Counted from the stretch's first letter, positions 28,599 to 41,409 are shown. The stretch: 64,000 nt of DNA from Myxococcota bacterium (GCA_965223415.1 OZ245002.1:5696001-5760000), one strand, 5' to 3'. Notes: generated by a model from the sequence alone, not told the origin. A program made the numbers and translations.

Positions 28599-29795
28599 CT
28601 AGTCCGGAAGGCCGAGCACGCGTTTGGCGATGATGTTGCGCTGCACCTCCGAGGTGCCGCCTTCGATGGTATTGCCGCGGGAGCGCAGCCAGTCGCGGGT
28701 GAGCTGGAGCTCGTCGTCCTCGAAGCCCGCGCCCTCCCAACCCAGCGCCTGGGGCCCGGCGATGTGCAGCAGGAGCTCCTGGCGGCGCTGGTTCACCTCG
28801 GTGCCGACCACCTTGAAGATCGAGCTCTCGGGTCCAGGCTGGTGGCCCGCCTTCGCGGCGTCCTTGGCCCGCTGCATGGTGAGCCCGAAGGCCCGCGTGT
28901 CCATCTCCACGCGGGCGATGTCCTGGCGCAGCACCGGATCGGGAAGCGGGCCGTCCGCCGGCGCGTCGGGCAGGTAGCGGCGCGCGCGATCGGCCAGGGT
29001 GCGGCGGCTGCCGCCGCCGCTGCCGAAGGCCTCGGCGACCATCGAGCGTTCGTGGCCGAGCAGCGCCTTGGCCACGGTCCAGCCCGCGTTCTCCTCGTGG
29101 ATCACGTTCTTCTTCAGGGCCACCACGTCCTGGAAGTGCGTCTCGCAGAAAGGCGAGGAGCCGCTGATCAGCAGAATCGGGCTCACGGAAACGCCGGGGC
29201 TCTCCATGTCGATGAGCACGAAGGTGATGCCCTCCTGCTTCTTGGCCTCCGGGTCGGTGCGCACCAGGGCGAAGATCCAGTCGGCCTCGTCGGCGTAGGA
29301 GGTCCACACCTTGGTGCCGTTGACGAGGTAGTGATCGCCCTTGTTTTCGGCCCGGGTCTGGAGGCCCGCCAGGTCGGAGCCGGCCCCGGGCTCCGAGTAG
29401 CCCTGGCACCAGCGGATCTCGCCCCGGGTGATCTTGGTGAGATGCTCCTGCTTCTGCTCCTCGGTGCCGAACTGCAGCAGCGTCGGACCGATCATGGTGA
29501 GGCCGAAGCCGATCAGCGGCGGCGGGGCGCCGATGGCGCGCATCTCCTGGGTGAGCACCTTGGCCTCGTCCCTGGAGAGCCCGCCCCCGCCGTAGGCGCT
29601 GGGCCAGGTGGGCGCCGTGAAACCCCTCTCGGCTGCGCGCTCGAGCCAGACCCGCTGGTCCGGGTGCTCGGGCTTCCACTTGCGCCCGCCCCAGGCGCCG
29701 GCCAGCAGGCCGCCGCCCCTGCCGCGCAGGGACGCGGGACAGTTCTCTTCGAGCCAGGCGCGGGTCTCCGTCTGGAAGGCTTGCAGGTCGGCCAT
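28599..29795 (-). CDS. Acyl-CoA dehydrogenase
   Basis: WCQGYSEPGAGSDLA, NGTKVWTS, TIEGGTSEVQRNIIA. Confidence 0.93.
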   Translation of the reverse strand: MADLQAFQTETRAWLEENCPASLRGRGGGLLAGAWGGRKWKPEHPDQRVWLERAAERGFTAPTWPSAYGGGGLSRDEAKVLTQEMRAIGAPPPLIGFGLTMIGPTLLQFGTEEQKQEHLTKITRGEIRWCQGYSEPGAGSDLAGLQTRAENKGDHYLVNGTKVWTSYADEADWIFALVRTDPEAKKQEGITFVLIDMESPGVSVSPILLISGSSPFCETHFQDVVALKKNVIHEENAGWTVAKALLGHERSMVAEAFGSGGGSRRTLADRARRYLPDAPADGPLPDPVLRQDIARVEMDTRAFGLTMQRAKDAAKAGHQPGPESSIFKVVGTEVNQRRQELLLHIAGPQALGWEGAGFEDDELQLTRDWLRSRGNTIEGGTSEVQRNIIAKRVLGLPD

Positions 29796-29945
29796 GGGGC
29801 TCCTCGGCTGGGGATGCCAGAGGCGCATTGTAGCCGCTCGTCCGAAGGCTTCCCCCGATGGCAACCGTGTCTCGGACTGCCGGCTCCCCGGGATGGCGAC
29901 CGTTCCTCGGACTGACGATGTCCCTAGATTGCTACCGTCCCGGAG

Positions 29946-30875
29946 ATGCGCATCCTCCTGGCGAGCCCCCGGGGCTTCTGCGCCGGCGTCGACCGGGCCA
30001 TCGAGATCGTCGAGCAGGCCCTCGCCCGCTTCGGACCACCGGTCTACGTGCGCCACGAGATCGTTCACAATCGGCACGTGGTGGACGGGCTGCGAGCGAA
30101 GGGCGCCATCTTCGTCGAGGATCCGGCCGACGTGCCGGAAGGCGCGCTGCTCGTGTTCAGCGCCCACGGCGTCTCTCCAGCGGTGCGCGAGGCCGCCGCT
30201 CACCAGGGGCTGCGCACCATCGACGCCACCTGCCCGCTGGTCACGAAGGTGCACGTGGAGGCGGAGCGCTTCGACCGGGCGGGCGTGGAGATCGCGCTGA
30301 TCGGTCACGCGGGACACGTCGAGGTGGAGGGGACGATGGGGCACGCCCCGGATCGCATCCGCCTGCTCGAGACGACGGAGGACGCCGAACGGCTCGAGGT
30401 CGACGATCCCTCGCGCCTCGCGGTGCTGACCCAGACGACGCTGTCGGTCGACGACACCCGGGGCGTCGTCGACGTACTGCGGCGGCGCTTCCCGGAGGTG
30501 CGCCTGCCCCGCAAGGACGACATCTGCTACGCGACCCAGAACCGCCAGAACGCCGTGAAGGAGCTGACCCGGCAGGCCGACCTGGTCCTCGTCGTAGGCG
30601 CGCCGGAATCTTCGAACTCGAACCGGCTCGTCGAGCTGGCGCGCAAGTGCGGAGTGGTCGCCTACCTTGTGCAGACGGCGGACGAGATCGAGCCCGGCTG
30701 GCTCGAGGGTATCGGCTGCGTGGGCGTAACCGCCGGCGCCTCGGCACCGGAGGTGCTGGTGGAGAACGTCGTCGCGCGGCTGGGCGAGCTCGCCTCCGGC
30801 GAGGTGCGGGTGGATGCGCCGGCGCCGGTCGACGAGGGCGTGGTCTTCCAGCTTCCGGCGGAGCTGCGCTCGTAG
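29946..30875 (+). CDS. ispH: 4-hydroxy-3-methylbut-2-enyl diphosphate reductase
   Basis: [35 protein letters not shown]. Confidence 0.97.
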   Translation: MRILLASPRGFCAGVDRAIEIVEQALARFGPPVYVRHEIVHNRHVVDGLRAKGAIFVEDPADVPEGALLVFSAHGVSPAVREAAAHQGLRTIDATCPLVTKVHVEAERFDRAGVEIALIGHAGHVEVEGTMGHAPDRIRLLETTEDAERLEVDDPSRLAVLTQTTLSVDDTRGVVDVLRRRFPEVRLPRKDDICYATQNRQNAVKELTRQADLVLVVGAPESSNSNRLVELARKCGVVAYLVQTADEIEPGWLEGIGCVGVTAGASAPEVLVENVVARLGELASGEVRVDAPAPVDEGVVFQLPAELRS

Positions 30876-30883
30876 GCGCCGCC

Positions 30884-32077
30884 GTGCCGAGCCGCGCCAC
30901 GAGCCTGCGGGTCGCCACGCTCAACGTCTGGGGGCACCCGGACGTCATCGGTCGCCATCTGATGCCGCGCATGGACGCCATCGCGGCCCTGGCCGCCGAG
31001 CTGGAGCTCGACCTGCTGGCGATCCAGGAGAGCTGGACCGTCGCGGGGCGCGAGCGCCTGGTCGCGGGCCTCCGCGAGGCTGGTCTGCCCCAGGTGTGGC
31101 ACCGGCCCCAGGGCTTCGGCGGGAGCGGGCTCCTGCTCGCGGCCCGCTCTCCCCTTCGCGCCGTGCGCTTCGAGCGCTTCCGTCTCTCCGGGCTCCCGCA
31201 ACGGCTGGATCACGGCGACTGGTACAGCGGCAAGGGCGCGGTGGTTGCAACGCTGGACACGGACGCCGGGCCCGTCGACGTCCTGAACACTCACCTGGTC
31301 GCCCACTACGAGCGAACGCCCCACGACGCCTACTATGGCCACCGCGTCGGCCAGATCGTCGAGATCGCGCAGCGCCTCGCCGGGAGCCCGCGACCGCTCG
31401 TCGCCCTCGGCGACTTCAACGTCCGGGAAGACGGGCCCGAGTACCCGATCCTGACCGGGCTCACGGGCCTGGTGGATGCGGCGGTCGCCTTGGACGCGCG
31501 ACAGGACACCATCCTCACGCCCCATCCCTACCGGCTGGAGCCGGGCGCTTTCCGCATCGACTACGTGTTCACCCGCGATGGCCGCGGCGTCTCCACCCGG
31601 GCCGCCACACTGAGGCGGGCCTTCGACGCGGCGCTGCAGCTCGTGGGTGAGGACGCGGCGTACTCGGACCACGCGGGCCTGGTGGCGGACGTGACCTTCG
31701 AGGCGGCGGCGAACACCCGGAGCCATCCCGGCGCGACGCCCGCGGCCCGGGAGTTGGCCCGCGAGGCCCTCGCGCGGGGCCGGGCGATCGGCGCCTCGCG
31801 GCACGGCGAGCAGCGCGGTGCCGCGGCGGCGGGCTTCGGCCTGGCCGGCGCTTGCGCCCTGGGCCGCCCGCACACCCGCCGTGCCTGGCTGCAACGCACT
31901 CTCGTGCTCGGCGCCGGCATCGCGGCGTGCGGCGGGGCCGGGGCATTCCTCCTGGCCGAGAGCCTCGCGAGCGACGAGCGACGGGCCTACGGAGAGCTGG
32001 AGGCCGTGCTCGGCGCGCTCCCGGTGGCACCATCCGGCGGGGCCGACTCGCTGGTCGCACCCGGCGAGTCCGGCTAG
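30884..32077 (+). CDS. Endonuclease/exonuclease/phosphatase family protein (sphingomyelinase-like, two C-terminal hydrophobic helices)
   Basis: ATLNVWG, IQE, GSGL, NTHL, GDFN, RIDY, SDH. Confidence 0.85.
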   Translation: MPSRATSLRVATLNVWGHPDVIGRHLMPRMDAIAALAAELELDLLAIQESWTVAGRERLVAGLREAGLPQVWHRPQGFGGSGLLLAARSPLRAVRFERFRLSGLPQRLDHGDWYSGKGAVVATLDTDAGPVDVLNTHLVAHYERTPHDAYYGHRVGQIVEIAQRLAGSPRPLVALGDFNVREDGPEYPILTGLTGLVDAAVALDARQDTILTPHPYRLEPGAFRIDYVFTRDGRGVSTRAATLRRAFDAALQLVGEDAAYSDHAGLVADVTFEAAANTRSHPGATPAARELAREALARGRAIGASRHGEQRGAAAAGFGLAGACALGRPHTRRAWLQRTLVLGAGIAACGGAGAFLLAESLASDERRAYGELEAVLGALPVAPSGGADSLVAPGESG

Positions 32078-32158
32078 AACCGGCCTCCGAAGTGTAGAGC
32101 GCCTGCCGGCCTTCCTCGCCGAGCTGGACACACTGGATATTTCTGAGAGGGGCTCTAG
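32074..32158. mobile_element. Candidate degenerate MITE bounded by CTAG
   Basis: Imperfect terminal inverted repeats, 14/20 matches: CTAGAACCGGCCTCCGAAGT vs reverse complement of the right end CTAGAGCCCCTCTCAGAAAT. Confidence 0.45.
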
Positions 32159-33371
32159 TGTCCTGTTTCGGAAAAAAGTACGCAAAATAGTGCGAACTCC
32201 CAACGTGCAGGGGGCATCTTACCGGCATCACGTTGGGGGGACGTATGGCGAATCGTGGCCGGCCCAAGACGCCGATTGTGCTGACGGATGCGGAGCGAGA
32301 AGAGCTCCAGACGCACGCCAGAAGGCGGAAGAGCGCGCATCAGTTGGCCTACCGCTCGCGCATTGTATTGCTCGCAGAGCAGGGGCTGACGAATGGGGAA
32401 ATCGCGGAACGCGTAGGCAAGCGACGAGAGACCGTCGGGATCTGGCGCAAGCGCTTCGTCGAAAAGCGGATCGCTGGGCTCTACGACGAGCCCAAGCCGG
32501 GAGCGCCCCGGACGGTGACCGACGAGCAGGTCGATGAGGTCGTGCGCTTGACGCTAGAGGAAACGCCCACGGGAGCGACGCACTGGTCCGTTCGCCTGAT
32601 GGCGAAGCGGGTAGGCCTCCCGACGACGACGGTTCATCGCATCTGGCGAGCATTCAGCCTCCAGCCGCACCGAGTCGAGCGCTTCCGGCTCTCCAACGAT
32701 CCCCATTTTGTGGACAAGGTGGTGGATATCGTCGGCCTGTACATGTCTCCGCCGGCGAACGCGGTCGTCCTCTGCGTCGACGAGAAATCGCAGATCCAAG
32801 CGCTGGAACGGAACCAGCCTGTCTTGCCGATGCAACCGGGCCGGGCGGAGCAGCGCACACACGGATACCTACGCCATGGCACGACGACACTCTTTGCCGC
32901 ACTCAACATCGCAACGGGCGAAGTGATCGGATCCCTCCATCGCCGGCACCGCACGGAGGAGTTCCTGAAGTTCCTCAGGACGATCGACGACAACGTACCC
33001 GCCGAACTCGACATCCATCTCGTGCTCGACAACTACACCACGCACAAGACGAAGCGAACTCGGAGCTGGCTCGCGCGCCACCCTCGTTTCCACGTGCACT
33101 TCACCCCGACGTACAGCTCATGGCTGAATCAGGTCGAGCGGTTCTTTGCACTCATCACCGAGCGTTGCATCCGTCGCGGCGTGCATCGCAGCACGAGGGC
33201 GCTCGAGAACGACATCCGGAGCTTCCTGAAGACGACGAACGACGATCCGAGACCCTTCGTCTGGACCAAGACCGCGGATCAGATCCTCGCGAGTGTGCGG
33301 CGCTACTGTGGTCGCGTCCTCGACGTCCACTCCGATTCTAATCGAGTGGTTTCTTCTGGAACAGGACACTA
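32156..33371 (+). mobile_element. IS630-family insertion sequence (complete)
   Basis: Terminal IRs GTGTCCTGTTTCGGAA / GTGTCCTGTTCCAGAA, each flanked by TA within CTAG; lower GC than host genes. Confidence 0.93.
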
Positions 33372-33372
33372 G
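32245..33372 (+). CDS. IS630-family transposase
   Basis: N-terminal HTH (THWSVR), DDE triad VDEKSQIQ / LDNYTTH / LNQVERFF; stop TAG at the right end of the element. Confidence 0.95.
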   Translation: MANRGRPKTPIVLTDAEREELQTHARRRKSAHQLAYRSRIVLLAEQGLTNGEIAERVGKRRETVGIWRKRFVEKRIAGLYDEPKPGAPRTVTDEQVDEVVRLTLEETPTGATHWSVRLMAKRVGLPTTTVHRIWRAFSLQPHRVERFRLSNDPHFVDKVVDIVGLYMSPPANAVVLCVDEKSQIQALERNQPVLPMQPGRAEQRTHGYLRHGTTTLFAALNIATGEVIGSLHRRHRTEEFLKFLRTIDDNVPAELDIHLVLDNYTTHKTKRTRSWLARHPRFHVHFTPTYSSWLNQVERFFALITERCIRRGVHRSTRALENDIRSFLKTTNDDPRPFVWTKTADQILASVRRYCGRVLDVHSDSNRVVSSGTGH

Positions 33373-33385
33373 CCTGCGCCGCTCC

Positions 33386-34864
33386 ATGCCCCGCCCCGCC
33401 GACCCCGCCGATCGTGCCCGGCGGGCGGTGGAGGAGCAGCTCGAGGAGCTGGGCGATCCGGAGGCGGGCCCGGCCAATCCCACCGGCACCCTGGTCGTCG
33501 GAAGCGGTGCCGGCGACCCGGACGAGCTCGTCCTCGGCAGCCGACCGACGGCCTCGACCGGCGAGATCTGGCGTCTGGCCTGGCCGGTGATGCTCTCCCA
33601 GAGCCTGGCGGCCCTCGTGAACCTGGTGGACGTGGCGATGGTCGGCCGGATCGGACCCGAAGCCCAGGCGGCGGTGGGCTACGCCGTGCAGCTCTTCTTC
33701 GTGTCCCAGTCGGCGCTCTTCGCCCTCTCCTTCGCCTGCGTGGCGGTGATGGCCCGGGCGATCGGGGCGAGAGATCCGGCGGAGTCCCGGCGGGCCTTCG
33801 CCGCATCCCTGGTCCTCGGCGTCGCGGCCGCGGCGGTGCTGAGCGGGGCGATGTTGGCGGCGCCGGAGACGGTGCTCGGCTGGCTCTCGGCCTCGCCGGA
33901 GGTCGTGGACCAGTGCGTTCCCTACCTGCGGTACCTGATGGCCTCGGCCGTGTTGATGAGCGTCTGCCTCACGATCGAGAGCGGCCTGCGGGCGAACAAG
34001 GACACGCGCACGCCACTGCGCATCACCCTCGTGATCACCGTCGTGAAGATCGCGCTGAACGCGCTCTTGATCTTCGGGCTCTGGGGCTTCCCCGAGATGG
34101 GCGTGGCGGGTGCCGGTGTCGCCACCCTGGCGGCCCAGGCGGTGGCGGTGGTGCTCTTCGTCGCGGCCGTGCTGCGCTCCCCCCGCGACGGACCCACCGG
34201 GTTGCGGCGGCGGGACCTCGACGGCATGGCCCGCCACCTGCCGGAGCTGGTGCGCATCTCGCTGCCGGGCGTCGGCGAGCGCCTGGTGATGAACGTGGCG
34301 ATGATCTCCTACTTCGCGTTCATCGGCGCCTACGGCACGGTCGCGGCGGCCGCCTACACGATCGGCATCCGCATCCTCTCGTTCTCCTGGATCCCGGGCA
34401 TCGGCTACAGCCAGGCCGTCGCCACCCTGGTGGGCCAGGCCCTGGGCGCCGGCGACCGGGACGCCGCGCGGCGGGCCACGGCCCGTGCCGCCGGGCTGGC
34501 CGTCGTGACCGCCGTGGGCATGGGCGCAGTGGGCGCCGTCGCGCGCGAGCCCCTGGCCGAGCTCTTCACCGTCGACCCGGAGACGGTGGCCACCCTGGGC
34601 CCCTTCATGCTCTGCCTCTCCCTGGCCCAGCCGGTGATGCAGCTCCACTTCACCCTGGCCGGCGCCTTCCGCGGCGCCGGCGATACCTGGACGCCGCTCG
34701 TCGCCTCCGTCGTCGGCAACTGGCTCCTGCGCGTCCCCCTCGCCTGGCTCGCCGCCACCGTCCTGGACGGCCCCCTCCTCTGGATCTGGCTCGTCCTCAT
34801 CCTCGACCACCTCGCGCGCGCCCTCTATCTCACCCACGCCTACCTGAGAAACGGAGTCCGTTAA
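33386..34864 (+). CDS. MATE family efflux transporter
   Basis: IWRLAWPV...D.AMVG, GFPEMGVAGAG.AT, about 12 TM segments. Confidence 0.92.
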   Translation: MPRPADPADRARRAVEEQLEELGDPEAGPANPTGTLVVGSGAGDPDELVLGSRPTASTGEIWRLAWPVMLSQSLAALVNLVDVAMVGRIGPEAQAAVGYAVQLFFVSQSALFALSFACVAVMARAIGARDPAESRRAFAASLVLGVAAAAVLSGAMLAAPETVLGWLSASPEVVDQCVPYLRYLMASAVLMSVCLTIESGLRANKDTRTPLRITLVITVVKIALNALLIFGLWGFPEMGVAGAGVATLAAQAVAVVLFVAAVLRSPRDGPTGLRRRDLDGMARHLPELVRISLPGVGERLVMNVAMISYFAFIGAYGTVAAAAYTIGIRILSFSWIPGIGYSQAVATLVGQALGAGDRDAARRATARAAGLAVVTAVGMGAVGAVAREPLAELFTVDPETVATLGPFMLCLSLAQPVMQLHFTLAGAFRGAGDTWTPLVASVVGNWLLRVPLAWLAATVLDGPLLWIWLVLILDHLARALYLTHAYLRNGVR

Positions 34865-34939
34865 GTTGGGGGCCGGTTTCGTTTGTTAAGTTGTTCGCGT
34901 ATGGAGAGGACAACTTAACAAACGAGACCGGCCCCCAAC

Positions 34940-34944
<5 letters not shown>
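34860..34944. repeat. Long palindrome (REPIN-like, different core GGGGCCGGTTTC)
   Basis: 35-bp arms with one mismatch, 15-nt loop; TTAA ends supply the stops of MATE and clpA. Confidence 0.85.
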
Positions 34945-37225
<2,281 letters not shown>

Positions 37226-37567
37226 CTATTCTTCTTCGACTCCGGCGCGCAGCGGATAGCCCCGGCTCTCGGCCTCCTTGTGAACCGTCGCCACCTTCGT
37301 CTCCGCCACCTCCAGGGTGTAGACACCGGCCACGCCGGATCCGGAGCGATGGATCTTGAGCATCAGGGCGTTCGACTCCACGGGGCTCTTGCGAAAGACC
37401 GATTCGAGCAGGGCGACCACGAAGGCCATGGGAGTGTAGTCGTCGTTGTAGAGGACCACCTTGAACCGCGGCGGCTTCGCGGCCTTCTTCCTCGTCTTCT
37501 CGGCGACGCCGCCTTCCCGGTCGCGCCAGGTCCCGCCCCCCGGCGGCCCACCCGGATCGTTCGACAT
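37226..37567 (-). CDS. clpS: Clp protease adaptor ClpS
   Basis: FKVVLYNDDYTPM.FVV, ML.IH..G, YPL. Confidence 0.96.
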   Translation of the reverse strand: MSNDPGGPPGGGTWRDREGGVAEKTRKKAAKPPRFKVVLYNDDYTPMAFVVALLESVFRKSPVESNALMLKIHRSGSGVAGVYTLEVAETKVATVHKEAESRGYPLRAGVEEE

Positions 37568-37631
37568 CCCGGGAGCGTAGCAAGGCCGCCCCGCGCGCCG
37601 TCACCCGCGGCCCCCGGTTACACTGCGGCCG

Positions 37632-38774
37632 ATGGCCGAGCTGGAGATGCTTTCGGGGGTGCGCGACGTGCCCCGCGAGGCGTGGAACGAGCTGGTGGGC
37701 GACGCGTCGCCCTTCCTCGAATGGGAATGGCTCGCCTCCCTCGAGGAGGCGGGCTGCGTCGGGCCGGAGAAGGGCTGGGCGCCCCGACCGCTCGTGGTGC
37801 GCGAGGAGGGCCGGCTGGTCGCCGCCTGTCCGGTCTACCTGAAGGGCCACAGCGAGGGCGAGTTCGTCTTCGACTGGAGCTGGGCCGACGCCGCCTACCG
37901 GGCGGGCATCGAGTACTACCCGAAGATGCTGGTCGGCGTGCCCTTCACGCCGGTGACCGGCGCGCGCTTCCTGGTCGCGCCCGGGGAGGATCAGGCGGAG
38001 CGCTCGGCGCTCCTCGCCCGGGCGCTCCTGGCGGTGTGCGAGGGCAACGATCTCTCCGGCGTCCACGTGAACTTCTGCCTCGAGGAGGAACGCCCGGCCC
38101 TGGAGAAGGCCGGCTACCTGCCGCGGCTCGGTTTCCAGTACCACTGGCACAACCGGGGCTTCGAGAGCTTCGACGACTACCTGGCCAGCCTGCGCAGCAA
38201 GCGCCGCAACCAGGTGCGGCGCGAGCGCCGGGAGCTCGAGCGCCAGGGCGTCACGATCGACTGTCTCGCCGGGGACGACATCTCCGACGACCTCTTCGAG
38301 CCCATGTATCGGATCTACCTCTCGACGATCCGCGACAACCCGTGGGGCCGCCAGTACCTGAATCGGGAGCTCTTCGACCTTCTCCGCGAACGCTTCCGCC
38401 ACCGGCTGTGCTTCATGGTGGCGCGGCAGGACGGGGAGATCCTGGCCGGCACCGTCAACGTCCAGAAGGGCGACGCGCTCTACGGCCGCTACTGGGGCTG
38501 CTTCCAGGAGCTGCGCCACCTCCACTTCAATGTCTGCTACTACGCGGGCATCGAGCACTGCATCGCCCACGGCCTGCGCCGCTTCGAGCCCGGCGCCGGC
38601 GGCCAGTACAAGCAGCTCCGCGGCTTCGACGCCCACCCCACCTGGAGCTTCCACCACCTCCGCGACCGGCGCCTGGCCGACGCCGTCGCCCGCTTCCTCG
38701 AGGCCGAGCGCCACGAAGCCGACGCCACCATCGACTGGTACGCCGACCACTCCGCCAACCGCCGCGACCGCTAA
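37632..38774 (+). CDS. FemAB-like GNAT protein (DUF482-type)
   Basis: HSEGEFVFDWSWA, YYPK, PFTPVTG, LYGRYWG, LHFNVCYY, FEPGAGG..K..RGF. Confidence 0.88.
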   Translation: MAELEMLSGVRDVPREAWNELVGDASPFLEWEWLASLEEAGCVGPEKGWAPRPLVVREEGRLVAACPVYLKGHSEGEFVFDWSWADAAYRAGIEYYPKMLVGVPFTPVTGARFLVAPGEDQAERSALLARALLAVCEGNDLSGVHVNFCLEEERPALEKAGYLPRLGFQYHWHNRGFESFDDYLASLRSKRRNQVRRERRELERQGVTIDCLAGDDISDDLFEPMYRIYLSTIRDNPWGRQYLNRELFDLLRERFRHRLCFMVARQDGEILAGTVNVQKGDALYGRYWGCFQELRHLHFNVCYYAGIEHCIAHGLRRFEPGAGGQYKQLRGFDAHPTWSFHHLRDRRLADAVARFLEAERHEADATIDWYADHSANRRDR

Positions 38775-38780
38775 CCCCAA

Positions 38781-38854
38781 AACGCAAGAGTGGGGACGTT
38801 CCTTGCAACTTGCGCATTTGCGCAAGTTGCAAGGAACGTCCCCACTCTTGCGTT
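38781..38854. repeat. REPIN-like palindrome, GGGGACGTTCCT family (GCAAG subtype)
   Basis: Perfect 36-bp arms with a TT centre; 1 nt different from the core of the 53775 copy. Confidence 0.92.
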
Positions 38855-38855
38855 C

Positions 38856-39344
38856 TCAGGTACGGAGGGAGACGCTGCGGCCGTCGGGCTCGACCTCGGG
38901 GATCCAGACCTGGCTGCCGTACTCGGTGCCGAGCCAGATGGCGGTGTTGCAGCGGAAGAGGCGCTTCTTCGGCTCCTCCCCGTAGAGGGTGACCTCGATC
39001 TCGTCGAGCTCGTAGGCGTCGTCCCGGCGGGCGCTGCGACTGGATTGCTTGCGGAGGTAGACGCGATCGATGGCGTCGAAGCCCACGTAGAAGAGCGCGG
39101 GATCGTTCCAATCGGCGTGGGCCATCTTCGGCTGCTTGGAGCCGGCGAGGGCGGCCTCCTCCCATACCTTGCCCAGGTGGTACTTGATCCGGCTGCGACG
39201 CTCGAAGTCGTCGAACCAGGCCACGTCGAGGGGAAACTCGCGACCACCGGCGGTGCCGGACACCCCGATGTAGAGCGCGTCGTCGGTCCCCGCCTCCTTG
39301 GCGGTCCCGGTGTTGAGCTGAACAACCATGCCTCGGAGTGTCAC
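38856..39344 (-). CDS. Hypothetical protein, possible PLAT/LH2-like domain
   Basis: GGAGG RBS, GTG start; TG...AGTDD.LYI.VSG..G...DDFER. Confidence 0.6.
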   Translation of the reverse strand: MTLRGMVVQLNTGTAKEAGTDDALYIGVSGTAGGREFPLDVAWFDDFERRSRIKYHLGKVWEEAALAGSKQPKMAHADWNDPALFYVGFDAIDRVYLRKQSSRSARRDDAYELDEIEVTLYGEEPKKRLFRCNTAIWLGTEYGSQVWIPEVEPDGRSVSLRT

Positions 39345-39393
39345 CCGGAGCCTCCTCTCGAGTCGGGTAGTATACCCGGCCAAGGAGGCCCCC

Positions 39394-40374
39394 ATGGCCA
39401 AGATCATCGGCAACCTCGATCCCCAGGACGACTACCTCCACGAGCTCGGCCCCGAGCCGAACTTCAACGAGAGCGCCTACTACAACTTCTTCGACCAGAA
39501 GCAGTCCCTGGGCGGGTGGTTCCGCCTGGGCAACCGGGCGAACGAGGGCAACGCCGAGATGACGGTGTGCCTCTACCTTCCCGACGGCCGCGTGCTCTTC
39601 ACCTTTCGCCGGGCGCCCATCGACCACAATGACGCCTTCGACGCCGGCGGCCTCGCCTTCGAGGTGCTCGAGCCCACCGAGCGCCACCGCACCACCTTCG
39701 AGGGCACGGTGGTCGAGCTGGCGGAGCCACGGGACATGGCCGAACCCCGCCGCGCCTTCAAGGACAACCCGAAGAAGCGCATCTCCTTCGACCTGCTGCA
39801 CGAGGCCGTCGGCCCGCTCTACGGGAGCAAGGCCGCGAAGCAGGAGGAGGAGCGCGACGCGGAGCAATCCTTCGCCAAGGCCCACTTCGAGCAGCACATG
39901 CACGTGACCGGCGCCCTCGACATCGACGGCGAGAGCCTCCCGATCGACGGCTACGGCCTGCGCGACCACAGCTGGGGCCCGCGCTATTGGCAGGCGATCC
40001 ACTCCTACGAGTGGCTGACCCTGAACTTCGGCCCGGACCTGGGCGCCATGGTCTCGGTGATCCAGCGCGATGCCGAGGGCAAGGAGCGCAGCGCCGGGGG
40101 CGTGCTCGTGCGCGGCGACGAGATGGAGCGCCTCGTCGACGCCACCATCGAGGCCGAGTTCGAGGAGAACGGCCTCTACCACAAGCAGGTGACGGCGAAG
40201 GTCAAGACCGAGAGCGGCGAGGAGCTCACCATCGAAGGCCAGGTGGAGAGCTTCATCCCCCTGCGAAACCGCCGCGAAGGCAGGGTCACCCACATCGGCG
40301 AGGGCATGACCACCTGGACCCTCGGCGACCGCACCGGCCACGGCCTCTCCGAGTTCCTGCGGCAGGTGAAATAG
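39394..40374 (+). CDS. Conserved hypothetical protein (beta-rich; NES.Y / G.RDHSWGPR.W family)
   Basis: AAGGAGG RBS; NFNESAYYNFFD, HFEQ, GLRDHSWGPRYW. Confidence 0.75.
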   Translation: MAKIIGNLDPQDDYLHELGPEPNFNESAYYNFFDQKQSLGGWFRLGNRANEGNAEMTVCLYLPDGRVLFTFRRAPIDHNDAFDAGGLAFEVLEPTERHRTTFEGTVVELAEPRDMAEPRRAFKDNPKKRISFDLLHEAVGPLYGSKAAKQEEERDAEQSFAKAHFEQHMHVTGALDIDGESLPIDGYGLRDHSWGPRYWQAIHSYEWLTLNFGPDLGAMVSVIQRDAEGKERSAGGVLVRGDEMERLVDATIEAEFEENGLYHKQVTAKVKTESGEELTIEGQVESFIPLRNRREGRVTHIGEGMTTWTLGDRTGHGLSEFLRQVK

Positions 40375-41408
40375 TGGCGCTCCGCATTCTCCTGGCGGCT
40401 GGTGCGGCGGCCGCCCTGGCCGCCAGCGCGCAGGCCCAGAGCGTGAAGCTCAAGGTGCAGTCCGCCTGGAGCCGGAACATGCCCGTGCTGGGCGAGACGA
40501 TCCAGAACTTCGCCTCGCGCATGGAGGCGATGGGTGGTCACGGTATCCGCCTGCGCGTCTACGATGCGGACAAGCTCGTGCCCACCCTCCAGATCATGGA
40601 CGCGGTCTCCGCTGGGAAGGTCGATGCCGGCTTCGCCTGGCCCGGCTACTGGATGGGGAAGCTCCCGGCCGCGGCGGTGTTCGGCGCGGTCCCCTTCGGC
40701 CCGGAGGCGCCGGAGTACCTGGCCTGGCTCCACGAGGGCGGCGGCCTCCAGCTCTGGGAGGAGATCTACGCGGAGCTCGGCGTCGTTCCCATTCCCTGCG
40801 GCGTAATCCCACCGGAGGCGTCGGGCTGGTTCCGCAAGCCGATCGAGAGCGAGGCGGATCTCCAGGGCCTCAAGGTACGCTACGCCGGCCTGGGCGGGAA
40901 GACCCTGGAGAAGCTCGGGGCGTCGATCACCATGCTGGCCGCCGGAGACATCTTCCTCTCCCTGGAGCGCGGCGTGCTCGACGCCACCGAGTACTCCATG
41001 CCCGCCGTCGACAGGCCCCTGGGCTTCTACAAGGTGGCCAAGCACTACTACTTCCCGGGCTGGCACCAGCCTTCGTCGATCATGGAGCTGGTGGTGAACG
41101 CCGAGAGCTGGGCCGAGCTCTCGGCGGCCCAGCAGGCGGCAGTGCGCACGGCCTGCGACGCCTCGACCACCTGGAGCCTCACCCGGGGCCTGGCGATCCA
41201 GGGCGAGGCCCTGGCCTACTTCGAGGAGCAGGGCGTGACGGTCCACACCTGGCCGCCGGAGCTCATGGCCCGCTTCCGCTCCGCCGCCGCGGAGGTGATG
41301 GCGGAGGCCAGCGCAGCGGACCCGGACTTCAAGCGGGCGTGGGAATCCCTGCAAGCCTTCCGGGCCGAGCACCGGCCCTGGTCGTCGATCGCGACGCCCG
41401 AGGACTAG
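40374..41408 (+). CDS. dctP: TRAP transporter substrate-binding protein (DctP/TakP-like)
   Basis: Signal peptide; GWFRK.I....DLQGLKVR, LERGVLDATE, YYFPGWHQP. Confidence 0.92.
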   Translation: MALRILLAAGAAAALAASAQAQSVKLKVQSAWSRNMPVLGETIQNFASRMEAMGGHGIRLRVYDADKLVPTLQIMDAVSAGKVDAGFAWPGYWMGKLPAAAVFGAVPFGPEAPEYLAWLHEGGGLQLWEEIYAELGVVPIPCGVIPPEASGWFRKPIESEADLQGLKVRYAGLGGKTLEKLGASITMLAAGDIFLSLERGVLDATEYSMPAVDRPLGFYKVAKHYYFPGWHQPSSIMELVVNAESWAELSAAQQAAVRTACDASTTWSLTRGLAIQGEALAYFEEQGVTVHTWPPELMARFRSAAAEVMAEASAADPDFKRAWESLQAFRAEHRPWSSIATPED

Positions 41409-41409
41409 C

